Part shown: positions 9,177 through 18,200 of the stretch, one piece after another
How the letters are laid out: the number at the start of each line of letters is the position of its first letter
How positions within the stretch are numbered: position 1 is the stretch's first letter
Sequence record: ON568341.1
Direction: 5' to 3' (one strand)
Length of the DNA: 64,000 bases
Notes under the pieces: generated by a model
The model's database searches: none
Told to the model about the DNA's origin: nothing
Seen by the model: only the letters and a program-made list of their open reading frames with translations
Position numbers and translations under genes: made by a program

Positions 9177-11426
9177 TTAGTCAACTATACTATCGTGACG
9201 TTTAAGTGCACGGATTACAATTGCAGCTTGAATTTGTTGTGTAAAAGAACCACCTGCACCAAAATCATGAACGATTTTATTAACACGATAAATTGTTTGA
9301 TTAAACGTAGTTGGTGTATTAATATCCAATACACCAGTGTTATCATTAATTGACACTACTGGTTGTAATTTTAATAATAGATATGCTTCAGATGTTATGT
9401 AGTTTGCTACGTGATAATCATCTGGATTAATTTCCATATCCTCACCATTAATTACTTGCTCTAGATATTGTAAGTACGAGTAATCACTCCATCCTAACCA
9501 ATATGGATCACCAACTACACGCATATCAAGCTTGCACAAAAAAGGTCTATTGTAATAGTTGTCACGTATTTTACGTCTATCCATTTCATATGTACTACTG
9601 TTATCGTTTAGAGAAGCCGATAACGTCGTTTCATTATTGGTTGCTTCAGTAGGCATTGTGAATACTTCACCATAACGATGTCCAATCCCATCAGTTCCTT
9701 CATCGTTTTCTTCATATGTAGTGACATAATCTTCAATATATTGTGGTAACACATTTACTTGATAATTATTATAACGGTCTTGTTCTTCAGCGTTCCCGAC
9801 CTGCATTTGGTTTTTAGCCAACGTATCAATTTCTGACAATAAATCTTGTTGGTCTTTTGTTAACATTCCACCCATATCACGTGTTACACGCAAATCACTT
9901 GTTTTTGCCCATGCATCTGGTATACTATTATATTGCACACCTTGTATATTCAATTCTTGTGAGTTATGTGTACCAGAATGGTTTGCCACGTCTTGAATTG
10001 GCCCTGGGTTACGGGTAGTGGCTACGAAAAATTGTTGGTCAAATTTTAAATCCAAATCAATTATCTCACTATTAAGACCACTAAACTGATAATTATAAGT
10101 TTTTATATTCAATTTTGGTTTTTGATCGATAGGATCTACATATTTTTCCGCATTCTCAAAGAAATATTCAAATGTGAAATTTTCTGGTTGTAAATCAGAT
10201 TCATGTACAATATCACCTATCTTAAATTTAACTATATAAAAAATAACTTTATAAACTGAAGTGTTACGATAATTATCAAAACCAATATATTGTTTTATTG
10301 GTATAATATTAACAAATTGTCGTACACTGGTGCTCTCATCTGCTTGTACTGTACAAGTATCAATAACATCATCAATAATTCTGGATATAGGAGTACTTGG
10401 GTTCCATGAAAAGTTTTTAGAACCTTGGGTTCCACTTTTAGTTGTTCCAGCTTCTGCCATTTGTTTAGAATCATAATTTATAAACAAATCTTGTAAATCA
10501 GGAGCAACTTTAAATTCAAAAAATTTGCCATCAGATAATTCACCAAATTTATATCTAAGATACCCATATTGTTGGTCAGCCATCTGATTTAATTTATCTT
10601 CCAAATCAAAACAGAAATCACCAAAGTTTTCAGCCGTACAATTAAATGGTTCTTTAAGTGTCCATTCAATATTATCAACCAATGCTGCTCTATTATGAAC
10701 TAAACTCATAGAATACATCATAGTACTTCCACTTTGTGATGCACTAGCCGTTATACTATTAATTTTAACTGACCATCTTCGTGTTGTTTCAGGAATAATT
10801 TCAGGGATTCCATTCTTATTAAAACCTATGAACTTTAATTCCAATATCAAAGGTAAGTCCATGAATTTATGAAATCTAAGTTTATTACTTAACGATATTA
10901 GTTCATCATATAGACTCATACTATTATTTTCAGACATATTAAGAACAGCCGTATTGAAACAATAGTTAGTTGTCATTCCAGGTGTGGATGGTCCAGCTTG
11001 CGTCATTTGTACACTTGTGATATTATATTTTCCACTAACACCACTTTCAGATATAACATGACGCTGCACGTCGGCATCTGGATAAAGCCAAAAATTTTTA
11101 AAATCATCCTTATCCAACGCAAACAGACAAAAATGCCAAGTTGGATTATCATATTTTAATAGTTTGTTGTTGTATGGTATCACAAATTGACTTAAATCTA
11201 AATCTTCATAAACTTGTCCCATACCAGCACTCTGTGATGGCAATGACTCAACATTACTAACATTTGCTTTATAGTTATTTTTTGTAATAGCTTTCACGTC
11301 ATTTTGTAATGTATTAGCGGTAGCTTTCAAACTATCCAATGAATTAGATGCAGTTGTTTTTGTCTTCTTATTAATACTTGAAATATCATTTTGAAAATTA
11401 TCAACTGTACTTCGTAAATCTGCCAT
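9177..11426 (-). CDS. Baseplate hub protein (gp27-like)
   Basis: Position upstream of gp5; C-terminal LDMRVVGDPYWLG...YRVNKIVHDFGAGGSFTQQI typical of hub proteins. Confidence 0.6.
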   Translation of the reverse strand: MADLRSTVDNFQNDISSINKKTKTTASNSLDSLKATANTLQNDVKAITKNNYKANVSNVESLPSQSAGMGQVYEDLDLSQFVIPYNNKLLKYDNPTWHFCLFALDKDDFKNFWLYPDADVQRHVISESGVSGKYNITSVQMTQAGPSTPGMTTNYCFNTAVLNMSENNSMSLYDELISLSNKLRFHKFMDLPLILELKFIGFNKNGIPEIIPETTRRWSVKINSITASASQSGSTMMYSMSLVHNRAALVDNIEWTLKEPFNCTAENFGDFCFDLEDKLNQMADQQYGYLRYKFGELSDGKFFEFKVAPDLQDLFINYDSKQMAEAGTTKSGTQGSKNFSWNPSTPISRIIDDVIDTCTVQADESTSVRQFVNIIPIKQYIGFDNYRNTSVYKVIFYIVKFKIGDIVHESDLQPENFTFEYFFENAEKYVDPIDQKPKLNIKTYNYQFSGLNSEIIDLDLKFDQQFFVATTRNPGPIQDVANHSGTHNSQELNIQGVQYNSIPDAWAKTSDLRVTRDMGGMLTKDQQDLLSEIDTLAKNQMQVGNAEEQDRYNNYQVNVLPQYIEDYVTTYEENDEGTDGIGHRYGEVFTMPTEATNNETTLSASLNDNSSTYEMDRRKIRDNYYNRPFLCKLDMRVVGDPYWLGWSDYSYLQYLEQVINGEDMEINPDDYHVANYITSEAYLLLKLQPVVSINDNTGVLDINTPTTFNQTIYRVNKIVHDFGAGGSFTQQIQAAIVIRALKRHDSIVD

Positions 11427-11437
11427 GTGTTACTCCA

Positions 11438-11752
11438 TTAGCCTATGTTTCGAGTACCATTAAGATAGTTTTGTACTCTTTGATTTGCTGGTATTCTAAT
11501 TGTTACTCCACTTTTAAAATTATATATAGGATCTTCTCCTAATATATCTGGATTTAACAATGCAAAAATATAATATAGACGTTCATTGCCATACATCTCG
11601 TAGGCTAAACGCCAGGGTTGATATTCATACTTCAATGGGATCTCATAAAAATCATCAGTATCAGCAGGAACTATATCTCGTGGTAAATTATAACCAAGAT
11701 ACCAAGATTGTTTCACCTTAGCATAAGGTGAGTATTGACTATAGTTGGACAT
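11438..11752 (-). CDS. LysM-like baseplate wedge protein (gp53-like)
   Basis: PWRLAYEMYGNERLYYIFALLN...GVTIRIP LysM-type pattern. Confidence 0.75.
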   Translation of the reverse strand: MSNYSQYSPYAKVKQSWYLGYNLPRDIVPADTDDFYEIPLKYEYQPWRLAYEMYGNERLYYIFALLNPDILGEDPIYNFKSGVTIRIPANQRVQNYLNGTRNIG

Positions 11753-12483
11753 TAAATAAATCCTCCTTTGCGTAATAGTTCACCTCGTTTAAATGCATTG
11801 AGGTTAAACGTTTTAGTCATATAATCAGATGTCGGTTGTTCTTCAAGTTGTAACATAACTGATATTTTTTGTGGAACCCAAACTTCATCTTGTGGATTCA
11901 TATATCCAGTACTTCTAAGTTGTTCGAAGAATTTTCTACTATCCATATCGGATAAATTAAAAGTACTGTCACTACTATTCAAAGGAACTTGAATATAAGA
12001 AACATCATTAGGATATGTAAAATTATAAGATTTTAAAATTACCGGAATATCATTATATGTGTAACGACCATATCCACTTAAAAGTAAAATTGGTGGTGGT
12101 GCACCAGCAATTGCCAATTCGGGGTTATTAGCAGATGCTGCTTGTCTACCAAAATCCATCAATGAAACCGAACGTATAAAATGAACACATGCCAATGCAT
12201 ACATGGCTTCTGCTGCCGTATTAGCATAAAATTCACCCTGAATAGTGAAAACCGTATTGGTGGTGTTTTTGTAATTATTATAGTTACTATTGGTATGTAT
12301 AGGTGACTGTGTTTCATACTGAATTGACCTTTGTTCAGTAATTATTGGTGTTACAGTCCAAACCAACCCATTAGTTGGACGCAGAAACGAAAGTAGTGTT
12401 GGTTCGGAGCTATCCCCGAAATCACCATATACATAGTTAGCACCTGCGGCTTTAGGTCGTAATCGAATTCTACGATCAATCAT
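11752..12483 (-). CDS. Tail-tube initiator/baseplate protein (gp48/gp54-like)
   Basis: APPPILLLSGYG...PVILKSYNFTYP motif. Start moved from 12540 to ATG 12483 (GGAG SD, downstream of late promoter at 12518). Confidence 0.65.
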   Translation of the reverse strand: MIDRRIRLRPKAAGANYVYGDFGDSSEPTLLSFLRPTNGLVWTVTPIITEQRSIQYETQSPIHTNSNYNNYKNTTNTVFTIQGEFYANTAAEAMYALACVHFIRSVSLMDFGRQAASANNPELAIAGAPPPILLLSGYGRYTYNDIPVILKSYNFTYPNDVSYIQVPLNSSDSTFNLSDMDSRKFFEQLRSTGYMNPQDEVWVPQKISVMLQLEEQPTSDYMTKTFNLNAFKRGELLRKGGFI

Positions 12484-12517
12484 CTTTTGATTCTCCATCA
12501 TAAGGGAACATTTGATG

Positions 12518-12525
12518 TATTTATA
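12518..12525 (-). promoter_or_regulatory. Late promoter TATAAATA for baseplate operon
   Basis: Perfect consensus, back-to-back with the + strand promoter at 12527. Confidence 0.8.
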
Positions 12526-12526
12526 C

Positions 12527-12556
12527 GTGGGACAAAACACTTTTTGGTGCTATAAT
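12527..12556 (+). promoter_or_regulatory. GTGGGACA-16-TATAAT promoter (early/middle class)
   Basis: gtgggaca, 16-nt spacer ending tgc, then tataat; upstream of gp55/47/46. Confidence 0.75.
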
Positions 12557-12613
12557 AACATTGATGGTATAAGGATTGTATCTATTGGATTTAAACATGG
12601 AGAGTTGAATATA

Positions 12614-13453
12614 ATGACAAATAGACCAAAGCGTAAAAAGTATCTCAATAATGCTGATTTACTTCGTGAAATACAAAAAAGTAAGATTTCATATTGCTGG
12701 TTATTAGACAAATCATATAGTATGTATGATTATATCGTTTTTCATGAGTCAGAAATTACTGCTGAGTTACTTGAAAAAGCAAAAGCAGCACGAATTAAAC
12801 GACTTAACAATGAAATGCTTGATAGTATTCGTGCAAAGGAAAATATGAGTGCTAAAAAAGCGAAAGAATATGCAGAAGAAAATAATCTAGTTATTACTGA
12901 TGTTCCAATTGATGAAGTAGTTATTCGTGTTATTACAGATGAACACATCCCACCAGATACTAGAGTTAATTTTGAACCTTTCAAACATTATATCGTAGAT
13001 AATGAAGGTATTCTTTATGAAGTATGTCGCTCTCATTGGAAAGGTGACCTTGAATCTGGGGAATTTAGTACTGTTCATGGTAAAATAACAAATGAACTAG
13101 GGAAAATGTTCATTAAACTAGCAGAGGAAATCTCACATAAATCTAACTATAGAAACTATACATACTTAGATGAAATGATGGGTGATGCAAGAATACAATT
13201 AGTTAAAAATGCACTTCTCTTTAAAGAGAGTATTCTTTATAAAAAAGACAAACCCGCTGTACAACTAAATCCTTTCTCTTACTATACATCATTCGTAAAC
13301 AATAGTTTTCGTTCAATTTTGAATAGTGAGAAAAATGTTCGAAATATACGTGATGATTTACTTGAAATGCATGGCTTTACACCATCACATACACGTCAAA
13401 TTGAAATTGAATTGAACATGATTGAAAGGAAAAATGAAGATGGCACTGTTTGA
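12614..13453 (+). CDS. gp55: Late-transcription sigma factor (gp55-like)
   Basis: KYLNNADLLREI, NYRNYTYLDEMMGDA and NPFSYYT motifs. Start moved to ATG 12614 after GGAGAG SD. Matches abundant (T)ATAAATA promoters. Confidence 0.85.
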   Translation: MTNRPKRKKYLNNADLLREIQKSKISYCWLLDKSYSMYDYIVFHESEITAELLEKAKAARIKRLNNEMLDSIRAKENMSAKKAKEYAEENNLVITDVPIDEVVIRVITDEHIPPDTRVNFEPFKHYIVDNEGILYEVCRSHWKGDLESGEFSTVHGKITNELGKMFIKLAEEISHKSNYRNYTYLDEMMGDARIQLVKNALLFKESILYKKDKPAVQLNPFSYYTSFVNNSFRSILNSEKNVRNIRDDLLEMHGFTPSHTRQIEIELNMIERKNEDGTV

Positions 13454-14471
13454 TAAAGCAATTACATTCACTGATATCCATTTAGGTTTAAAGAATAACA
13501 GCAAGCAGCACAATGAAGATTGTTTAAACTTCATTAAATTTATGATTGATGTAGCTAAAAAAAATAATATTAAATTTTGTGTTTTTATGGGTGATTATTT
13601 TCACAATAGAAGTAATATAAATATCCAAACACTAAACTATGGTTTACAAATACTTCAATTACTAAATGATAATTTTGAAAAAGTTTATTTTCTAGTTGGG
13701 AACCATGATATGTATCACAAAAACAAACGTGATATAACAAGTATCAACATGGCCCAAGTTTATGAAAATATAGAATTCATAAACGAAATTACAACGATTG
13801 ATGATTGTACTTTTATTCCTTTCATGATTGAAGATGAATATAAGTTGTTACCACAACTAAAAAGTAAGTATGTTTTTGGACACCTAGAATTACCAGGTTA
13901 CTTACTTAACAAAATGGTCGAAATGCCCGACCATGGTAAAGAAACAGAGGGTTCTTTTGGTGGTTGTGAGTATGTTTTTAGTGGGCATTTTCATAAGAGA
14001 CAATCAAAAACAACATCAAAGGGAACTCGTGTAGTTTATACTGGTAATTGTTTCCCACATAATTTTTCCGATACATGGGATGATGCAAGAGGTGTGATGA
14101 TTTTAGAACATGGAAAAGAACCAATTTTCAATTCTTGGACAGAAGCACCAAAATATAGAACATTTACACTTTCAGAACTTTTGACTGACCCAAGTTATTA
14201 TCTTCAAGAGAATACAATTTCAAAGGTTCAAGTTGATATTGCGATAACTACAGATGAAATTAGTTTTATTCGTGATACTTTCACTAAACTTTATAACATA
14301 CGTGAATTTAACGTAGTTACTAGTAAACAAAGTATATCAGAATTGATTGAAGATGGTAAAAGCTTTGAAAGTACTGAGTCAGTTGATGAGATTGTTTTAC
14401 AACAAATTATGGAAATTGATTCACCAATGTTCGATAAAAATCTTCTAATCCAAATTTACAGATCGCTATAA
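13440..14471 (+). CDS. gp47: Recombination nuclease, Mre11/SbcD-like
   Basis: DIHLG, GDYFH, GNHD, GHLE, GHFH metallophosphoesterase motifs. Confidence 0.93.
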   Translation: MALFDKAITFTDIHLGLKNNSKQHNEDCLNFIKFMIDVAKKNNIKFCVFMGDYFHNRSNINIQTLNYGLQILQLLNDNFEKVYFLVGNHDMYHKNKRDITSINMAQVYENIEFINEITTIDDCTFIPFMIEDEYKLLPQLKSKYVFGHLELPGYLLNKMVEMPDHGKETEGSFGGCEYVFSGHFHKRQSKTTSKGTRVVYTGNCFPHNFSDTWDDARGVMILEHGKEPIFNSWTEAPKYRTFTLSELLTDPSYYLQENTISKVQVDIAITTDEISFIRDTFTKLYNIREFNVVTSKQSISELIEDGKSFESTESVDEIVLQQIMEIDSPMFDKNLLIQIYRSL

Positions 14472-14479
14472 GGGAATAT

Positions 14480-16627
14480 ATGCTAAACATTACACGTATA
14501 TCAATGAGGAACTTCTTTTCATTTGGGAACGCACCACAATCAATAGAATTGAATAGTTCTGATATTTCATTAGTTCTTGGGCAAAATAATGATGCAGTTA
14601 TTGAAGGTGGTGATAGCACTGGACGACGAAATGGAGTAGGGAAAAGTGCTATTATTCAAGGATTAGTTTTTGGCTTATTTGGGAAAAGTATTGGTAATGA
14701 TATTAAAATTCCCAACCTAGTCAACAAAACTAATGGCAAAAATTGTGAAGTAGTTATAGAGTTTGAAAAAGATGGTGTGCAATATATAGTTGAGCGTGGG
14801 AGAAGTCCTACGTATTTCAATTTTATCACATTAGGAAAAGATAATAAGATTGAAGATGAATCGAGAGGTGAAAAAAAAGACACACAAGAAGATTTGAATG
14901 AAATTCTTGGAATATCTCAATTATTATTTGAACATATTGTAGTTCTTAATGCGAACGTAGAACCGTTTTTGGCTTTATCATCTCAAAAACAACGTGATAT
15001 GATAGAAGAACTTCTTGGAATAACACAGTTGACTGAAAAAGCTGAAATTCTAAAGGAGATGTACAAGGATACTAAACGTTTAGCCGAACAAGAAAAGTTC
15101 AAAAATGAAACTGTGGCTGCAAGCAATGAACGCATTCAAAAAAGTATTGAAGTACTTCAAGAACAGGCTAACCAATTTGAGATTGATAAAAGTAATAGAG
15201 TATCTAAGCTAAATGAAGAGTTGAATATATATAAAACTTTAGATTTCAATGATCTCTACCAAGCTGCTGAAGAGAAAGAGAAAGCTCTTATTCATAACGC
15301 AAAGCGTGGTGAAATTGAACGCCGTGTACAAGAGTTGGCTTTAAAATATGATGCTTATGAACGTGAACTTGAAACGTCCAAGCGAGTGTTAAATCTAAGC
15401 ATTGATAATTTAAAAACGATTGATATTAGTTCGGAATTGGAAAATCACAAGGAGTTGGAAATATGGAAACAGTTAGAGGCTATTCTTAAAGAGAATAATA
15501 ATCAAAAACGTTTCAAAGAACAAAAGCTCAACTCACTAAAAGTTGCGTTGAATGGATATAAATGTTCAATTAATACTGAAATCGATAAATTATCAACAGT
15601 TGAAAGCAGTAAATGTCCACTTTGTATGTCTGATTTGGAACATAACGAACATACATCTTCAATTAAAGACAAAATTCAAAGTTCTATTAGTGATCTTCAA
15701 ACCAAAATTGATAGTTCTTCTTCAGAAATTGAAACATTACTTAAAGAAATTGAGAGTATTGAGATTTTTGATATGCCACCTAAACCAGTGACATACTATA
15801 ATACACTTTCAGAAGCACAAATGCATGAACATAAGCTTCAAGAACTGATTAAAAAGAGCGAAGAAGAACCAATAAACATCTATGCTAACGAACTTATGTC
15901 ATCATATGATGAACTTAACTCATATGAACTAATGGAAGTACCAGATACATTAAACAAGTACGAAGTTAAAGAGCTAGAAATGACCGTAAGCTCGTTATCA
16001 CAGCAATTAGAACGTGAATTGAAGACTACTAACACTTTTATTAGCCAAATTAACACCCTTAAGACAGATTCTTTAGTTACAATAGACTATAGTGACTATA
16101 ATAATCTTGATAAAATGTCAAATCACCAAGATTTTTTGGTTAAATTACTATTGAACAAGGATTCTTATGTCCGTAAGCGTATTATTGAGCAAAATATCTC
16201 ATATTTGAATACACGACTTCAGTATTATATCGATATGTGCGGTTCTGAGCACAATGTTGTCTTTTTGAATGATTTGAGTGTTGAAATTGAGAAAAGTGGG
16301 CAGTACTTTGACTATAAACAGCTTAGTAGGGGTGAGCGTACAAGGGTAAACATCGCATTATCTTGTGCTTTCCGTGATACATATGAGTCATTATACCAAA
16401 GTATTAATATTCTTATCATTGATGAGATGATTGACCAAGGTCTTGACTCAAGTGGTGTTCTACGTGTGTGGTCTATCTTCCAAGATATGGCTGCTGTACG
16501 TGGTAAGAATGTTTATGCTATTTCCCACAGAGAAGAGTTACTTTCTAAGACTGAAAAAATCCTCAAAGTTGTTAAAGAGGACGGATTCAGTACTGTTGAA
16601 TATGCAACTCTTGATGATGTTTTCTAA
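14480..16627 (+). CDS. gp46: Recombination ATPase, Rad50/SbcC-like
   Basis: Walker A NGVGKS, coiled coil with CPLC zinc hook, LSRGE signature, Walker B IIDE. Confidence 0.93.
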   Translation: MLNITRISMRNFFSFGNAPQSIELNSSDISLVLGQNNDAVIEGGDSTGRRNGVGKSAIIQGLVFGLFGKSIGNDIKIPNLVNKTNGKNCEVVIEFEKDGVQYIVERGRSPTYFNFITLGKDNKIEDESRGEKKDTQEDLNEILGISQLLFEHIVVLNANVEPFLALSSQKQRDMIEELLGITQLTEKAEILKEMYKDTKRLAEQEKFKNETVAASNERIQKSIEVLQEQANQFEIDKSNRVSKLNEELNIYKTLDFNDLYQAAEEKEKALIHNAKRGEIERRVQELALKYDAYERELETSKRVLNLSIDNLKTIDISSELENHKELEIWKQLEAILKENNNQKRFKEQKLNSLKVALNGYKCSINTEIDKLSTVESSKCPLCMSDLEHNEHTSSIKDKIQSSISDLQTKIDSSSSEIETLLKEIESIEIFDMPPKPVTYYNTLSEAQMHEHKLQELIKKSEEEPINIYANELMSSYDELNSYELMEVPDTLNKYEVKELEMTVSSLSQQLERELKTTNTFISQINTLKTDSLVTIDYSDYNNLDKMSNHQDFLVKLLLNKDSYVRKRIIEQNISYLNTRLQYYIDMCGSEHNVVFLNDLSVEIEKSGQYFDYKQLSRGERTRVNIALSCAFRDTYESLYQSINILIIDEMIDQGLDSSGVLRVWSIFQDMAAVRGKNVYAISHREELLSKTEKILKVVKEDGFSTVEYATLDDVF

Positions 16628-16636
16628 TTAAAAGAT

Positions 16637-16662
16637 AAAGGGAGCCTTAGCTCCCTTTTTTT
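16637..16662. terminator. Bidirectional terminator between convergent gp46 and endonuclease VII
   Basis: AAAGGGAGC-CTTA-GCTCCCTTT with T-tract; loop contains the minus-strand stop. Confidence 0.85.
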
Positions 16663-17138
16663 ACATCAACCATATTTAATTTACCGTCCTTAATCAGCTT
16701 TCTAGCTTGTTTTGCACGAGTAGTAGTGTTACTGCCAGGGACAACTCCGAACCCTTCCAGAATCTCGTTTTGCTGCGTTGCTGGGAGCCTTTTAAATTTA
16801 TTAGTATCCACTGTTAGTGCCGTGTGATGTATAACTTGCTCTTCTGGTGGAATATTATTGTTCTTTTCAAGGTAGTCAGCAAGGTTGCGTAGTACTTCAT
16901 GCAATGGCTTATCTGTTAAATGACTAAGACAGCGTTTAAATGAATTTGCAACCCTTCCTTCCCATCCATTCACCTCATTTTGAAGAACCTGTCTACAATG
17001 TTGATTTCCACCATGATAGTGATCCAGAACTGGTTTAGTTATTTTTATGCCTATGATGGGGTCAATGCCATTTTGTTTATTTAGCAATTCAGTTCGATAG
17101 TTTGCAGCATCCTTACTATCTTTTAATCTTTTTTTCAT
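16647..17138 (-). CDS. gp49: Recombination endonuclease VII (Holliday junction resolvase)
   Basis: KPVLDHYH...CRQVLQNEVNGWEG...LRNLADYLE pattern of the EndoVII family. Confidence 0.8.
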   Translation of the reverse strand: MKKRLKDSKDAANYRTELLNKQNGIDPIIGIKITKPVLDHYHGGNQHCRQVLQNEVNGWEGRVANSFKRCLSHLTDKPLHEVLRNLADYLEKNNNIPPEEQVIHHTALTVDTNKFKRLPATQQNEILEGFGVVPGSNTTTRAKQARKLIKDGKLNMVDVKKGS

Positions 17139-17168
17139 AATTCCTCACCAAACTATTTGTCATCACAA

Positions 17169-17176
17169 TATTTATA
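17169..17176 (-). promoter_or_regulatory. Late promoter TATAAATA for endonuclease VII
   Basis: Perfect consensus ~30 nt upstream of ATG 17138. Confidence 0.75.
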
Positions 17177-17227
17177 GATTAGTTATTTGCAATATTTTAA
17201 GTACTTAATGAATATTTTATAAAAATA

Positions 17228-17257
17228 GTGAGACAACTTTAAAATTTGTGCTATAAT
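17228..17257 (+). promoter_or_regulatory. GTGAGACA-16-TATAAT promoter driving the putative ncRNA
   Basis: gtgagaca acttt aaaatttgtgc tataat; same class as promoters at 12527, 45943 and 56742. Confidence 0.8.
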
Positions 17258-17263
17258 ATTTGT

Positions 17264-17734
17264 TGTAGTAATGACAATCCTGTTGAATGCAGAAATGCAT
17301 ATAAATGAGAACCTGATCCTATCGAAAATGTAGATGGCAGATGAGCAGTTCAACAGTGCGATGAGCAGAAGAAACCCGTCAGATGTGGGCATAGTTTGAA
17401 CCCCTCACGGCAATGCGGCTCAATAAAGAACTCCGATAAGCATACAGAGAGTTCCTAGATAGACATATAAGGATCGCACCTTACCAGATTTGCTAAGGGA
17501 GTTTATTAAGTGATTTTAATAAACAGCCTGAAGTTTGATTGTATAGACTTTCAGGTGAGTGTCAGGATGATTAAGACTGACGACCGTTGCATATGACCGT
17601 GATAGGGAGAAACCGAGCAACCCGCTTCCGTTTGCGATTGATCTTTTTACAATATAGATCCGTCCAAAATTCACGATACAATAAATGCTGAAACCATCAG
17701 CGTCAAGAAATAGAGACTTCATTGTCTCTTTTTT
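17264..17734 (+). ncRNA. Putative large structured non-coding RNA of unrecognised family (~470 nt)
   Basis: Bounded by promoter and terminator, no credible + strand ORF, GC-richer than flanks, and about ten stems (e.g. 17280-87/17349-56, 17428-33/17449-54, 17501-09/17516-24, 17527-32/17550-55, 17687-91/17697-701). Confidence 0.6.
17712..17734 (+). terminator. Rho-independent terminator ending the putative ncRNA
   Basis: AGAGAC-TTCATT-GTCTCT followed by a T-tract. Confidence 0.75.
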
Positions 17735-17740
17735 ATTGTC

Positions 17741-17950
17741 TTCATTCCCCTGCGGGGGGATGAAAATGTCCTCAACAAATCCCGTCAAGTATTAAATCTT
17801 TTAAAGTTCTTTATAATTAATTTAATGAAATGAATATGAGTTACGTAGTAACGAATATTCTTCAGCTAACGAATGAAATGAGTTAGATGAATCCAATAAT
17901 ATTAAAATTAATTCTTCCATAATTCAATTCAAATAATTCTGTAGTTTAAT
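17741..17950. other. G6 hairpin plus AT-rich repeated tract; candidate replication origin/unwinding element
   Basis: TTCATTCCCC-TGCG-GGGGGATGAA hairpin, then AT-rich DNA with direct repeats AATGAAATGA, ATGAGTTA and TAACGAAT (each twice). Confidence 0.4.
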
Positions 17951-17951
17951 G

Positions 17952-17980
17952 AAAAAAAAAACCAGCAACAATGTGCTGGT
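17952..17980 (-). terminator. Rho-independent terminator of gp26/gp51-like operon
   Basis: ACCAGCA...TGCTGGT stem then a long T-tract on the minus strand. Confidence 0.85.
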
Positions 17981-17990
17981 CGTGTGGGAT

Positions 17991-18200
17991 TTAGTGCTTC
18001 TCGTTTTGTTTTTTAATTTTTTTATTAAAAGACTTAACTAATAAGTCTCTATCTATTAATGGCATATTAAGAAGTGTTCCGTAATCAATATTATCCATAT
18101 ACACAGAACACTCCATTAGTGCATTTTTGATTTCTGACTTATTCAGTTCTATCTCCTTCAGTACTTCTTGTATTTCTTCAGGAGATGACTGGAGAAGCAT
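17991..18200 (-). CDS. gp51-like baseplate hub/tail assembly protein (possibly the frameshift extension of the upstream ORF)
   Basis: YGTLLNMPLIDRDLLVKSFNKK pattern; TAATG overlap; no SD visible upstream. Confidence 0.6.
   Translation of the reverse strand: MLLQSSPEEIQEVLKEIELNKSEIKNALMECSVYMDNIDYGTLLNMPLIDRDLLVKSFNKKIKKQNEKH

Noticed and set aside
17264-17734. tmRNA, RNase P, tRNA or self-splicing intron identity for the structured region
   Set aside because: No GGGG..TTCGA/TCCACCA ends, no GAGGAAAGTCC, no cloverleaf, no group II domain V, no interrupted flanking gene; family left unassigned pending cmscan
17183-17788. Minus-strand ORFs 17183-17392 and 17516-17788
   Set aside because: No SD or promoter support, atypical composition, antisense to a promoter/terminator-bounded structured region; treated as chance ORFs
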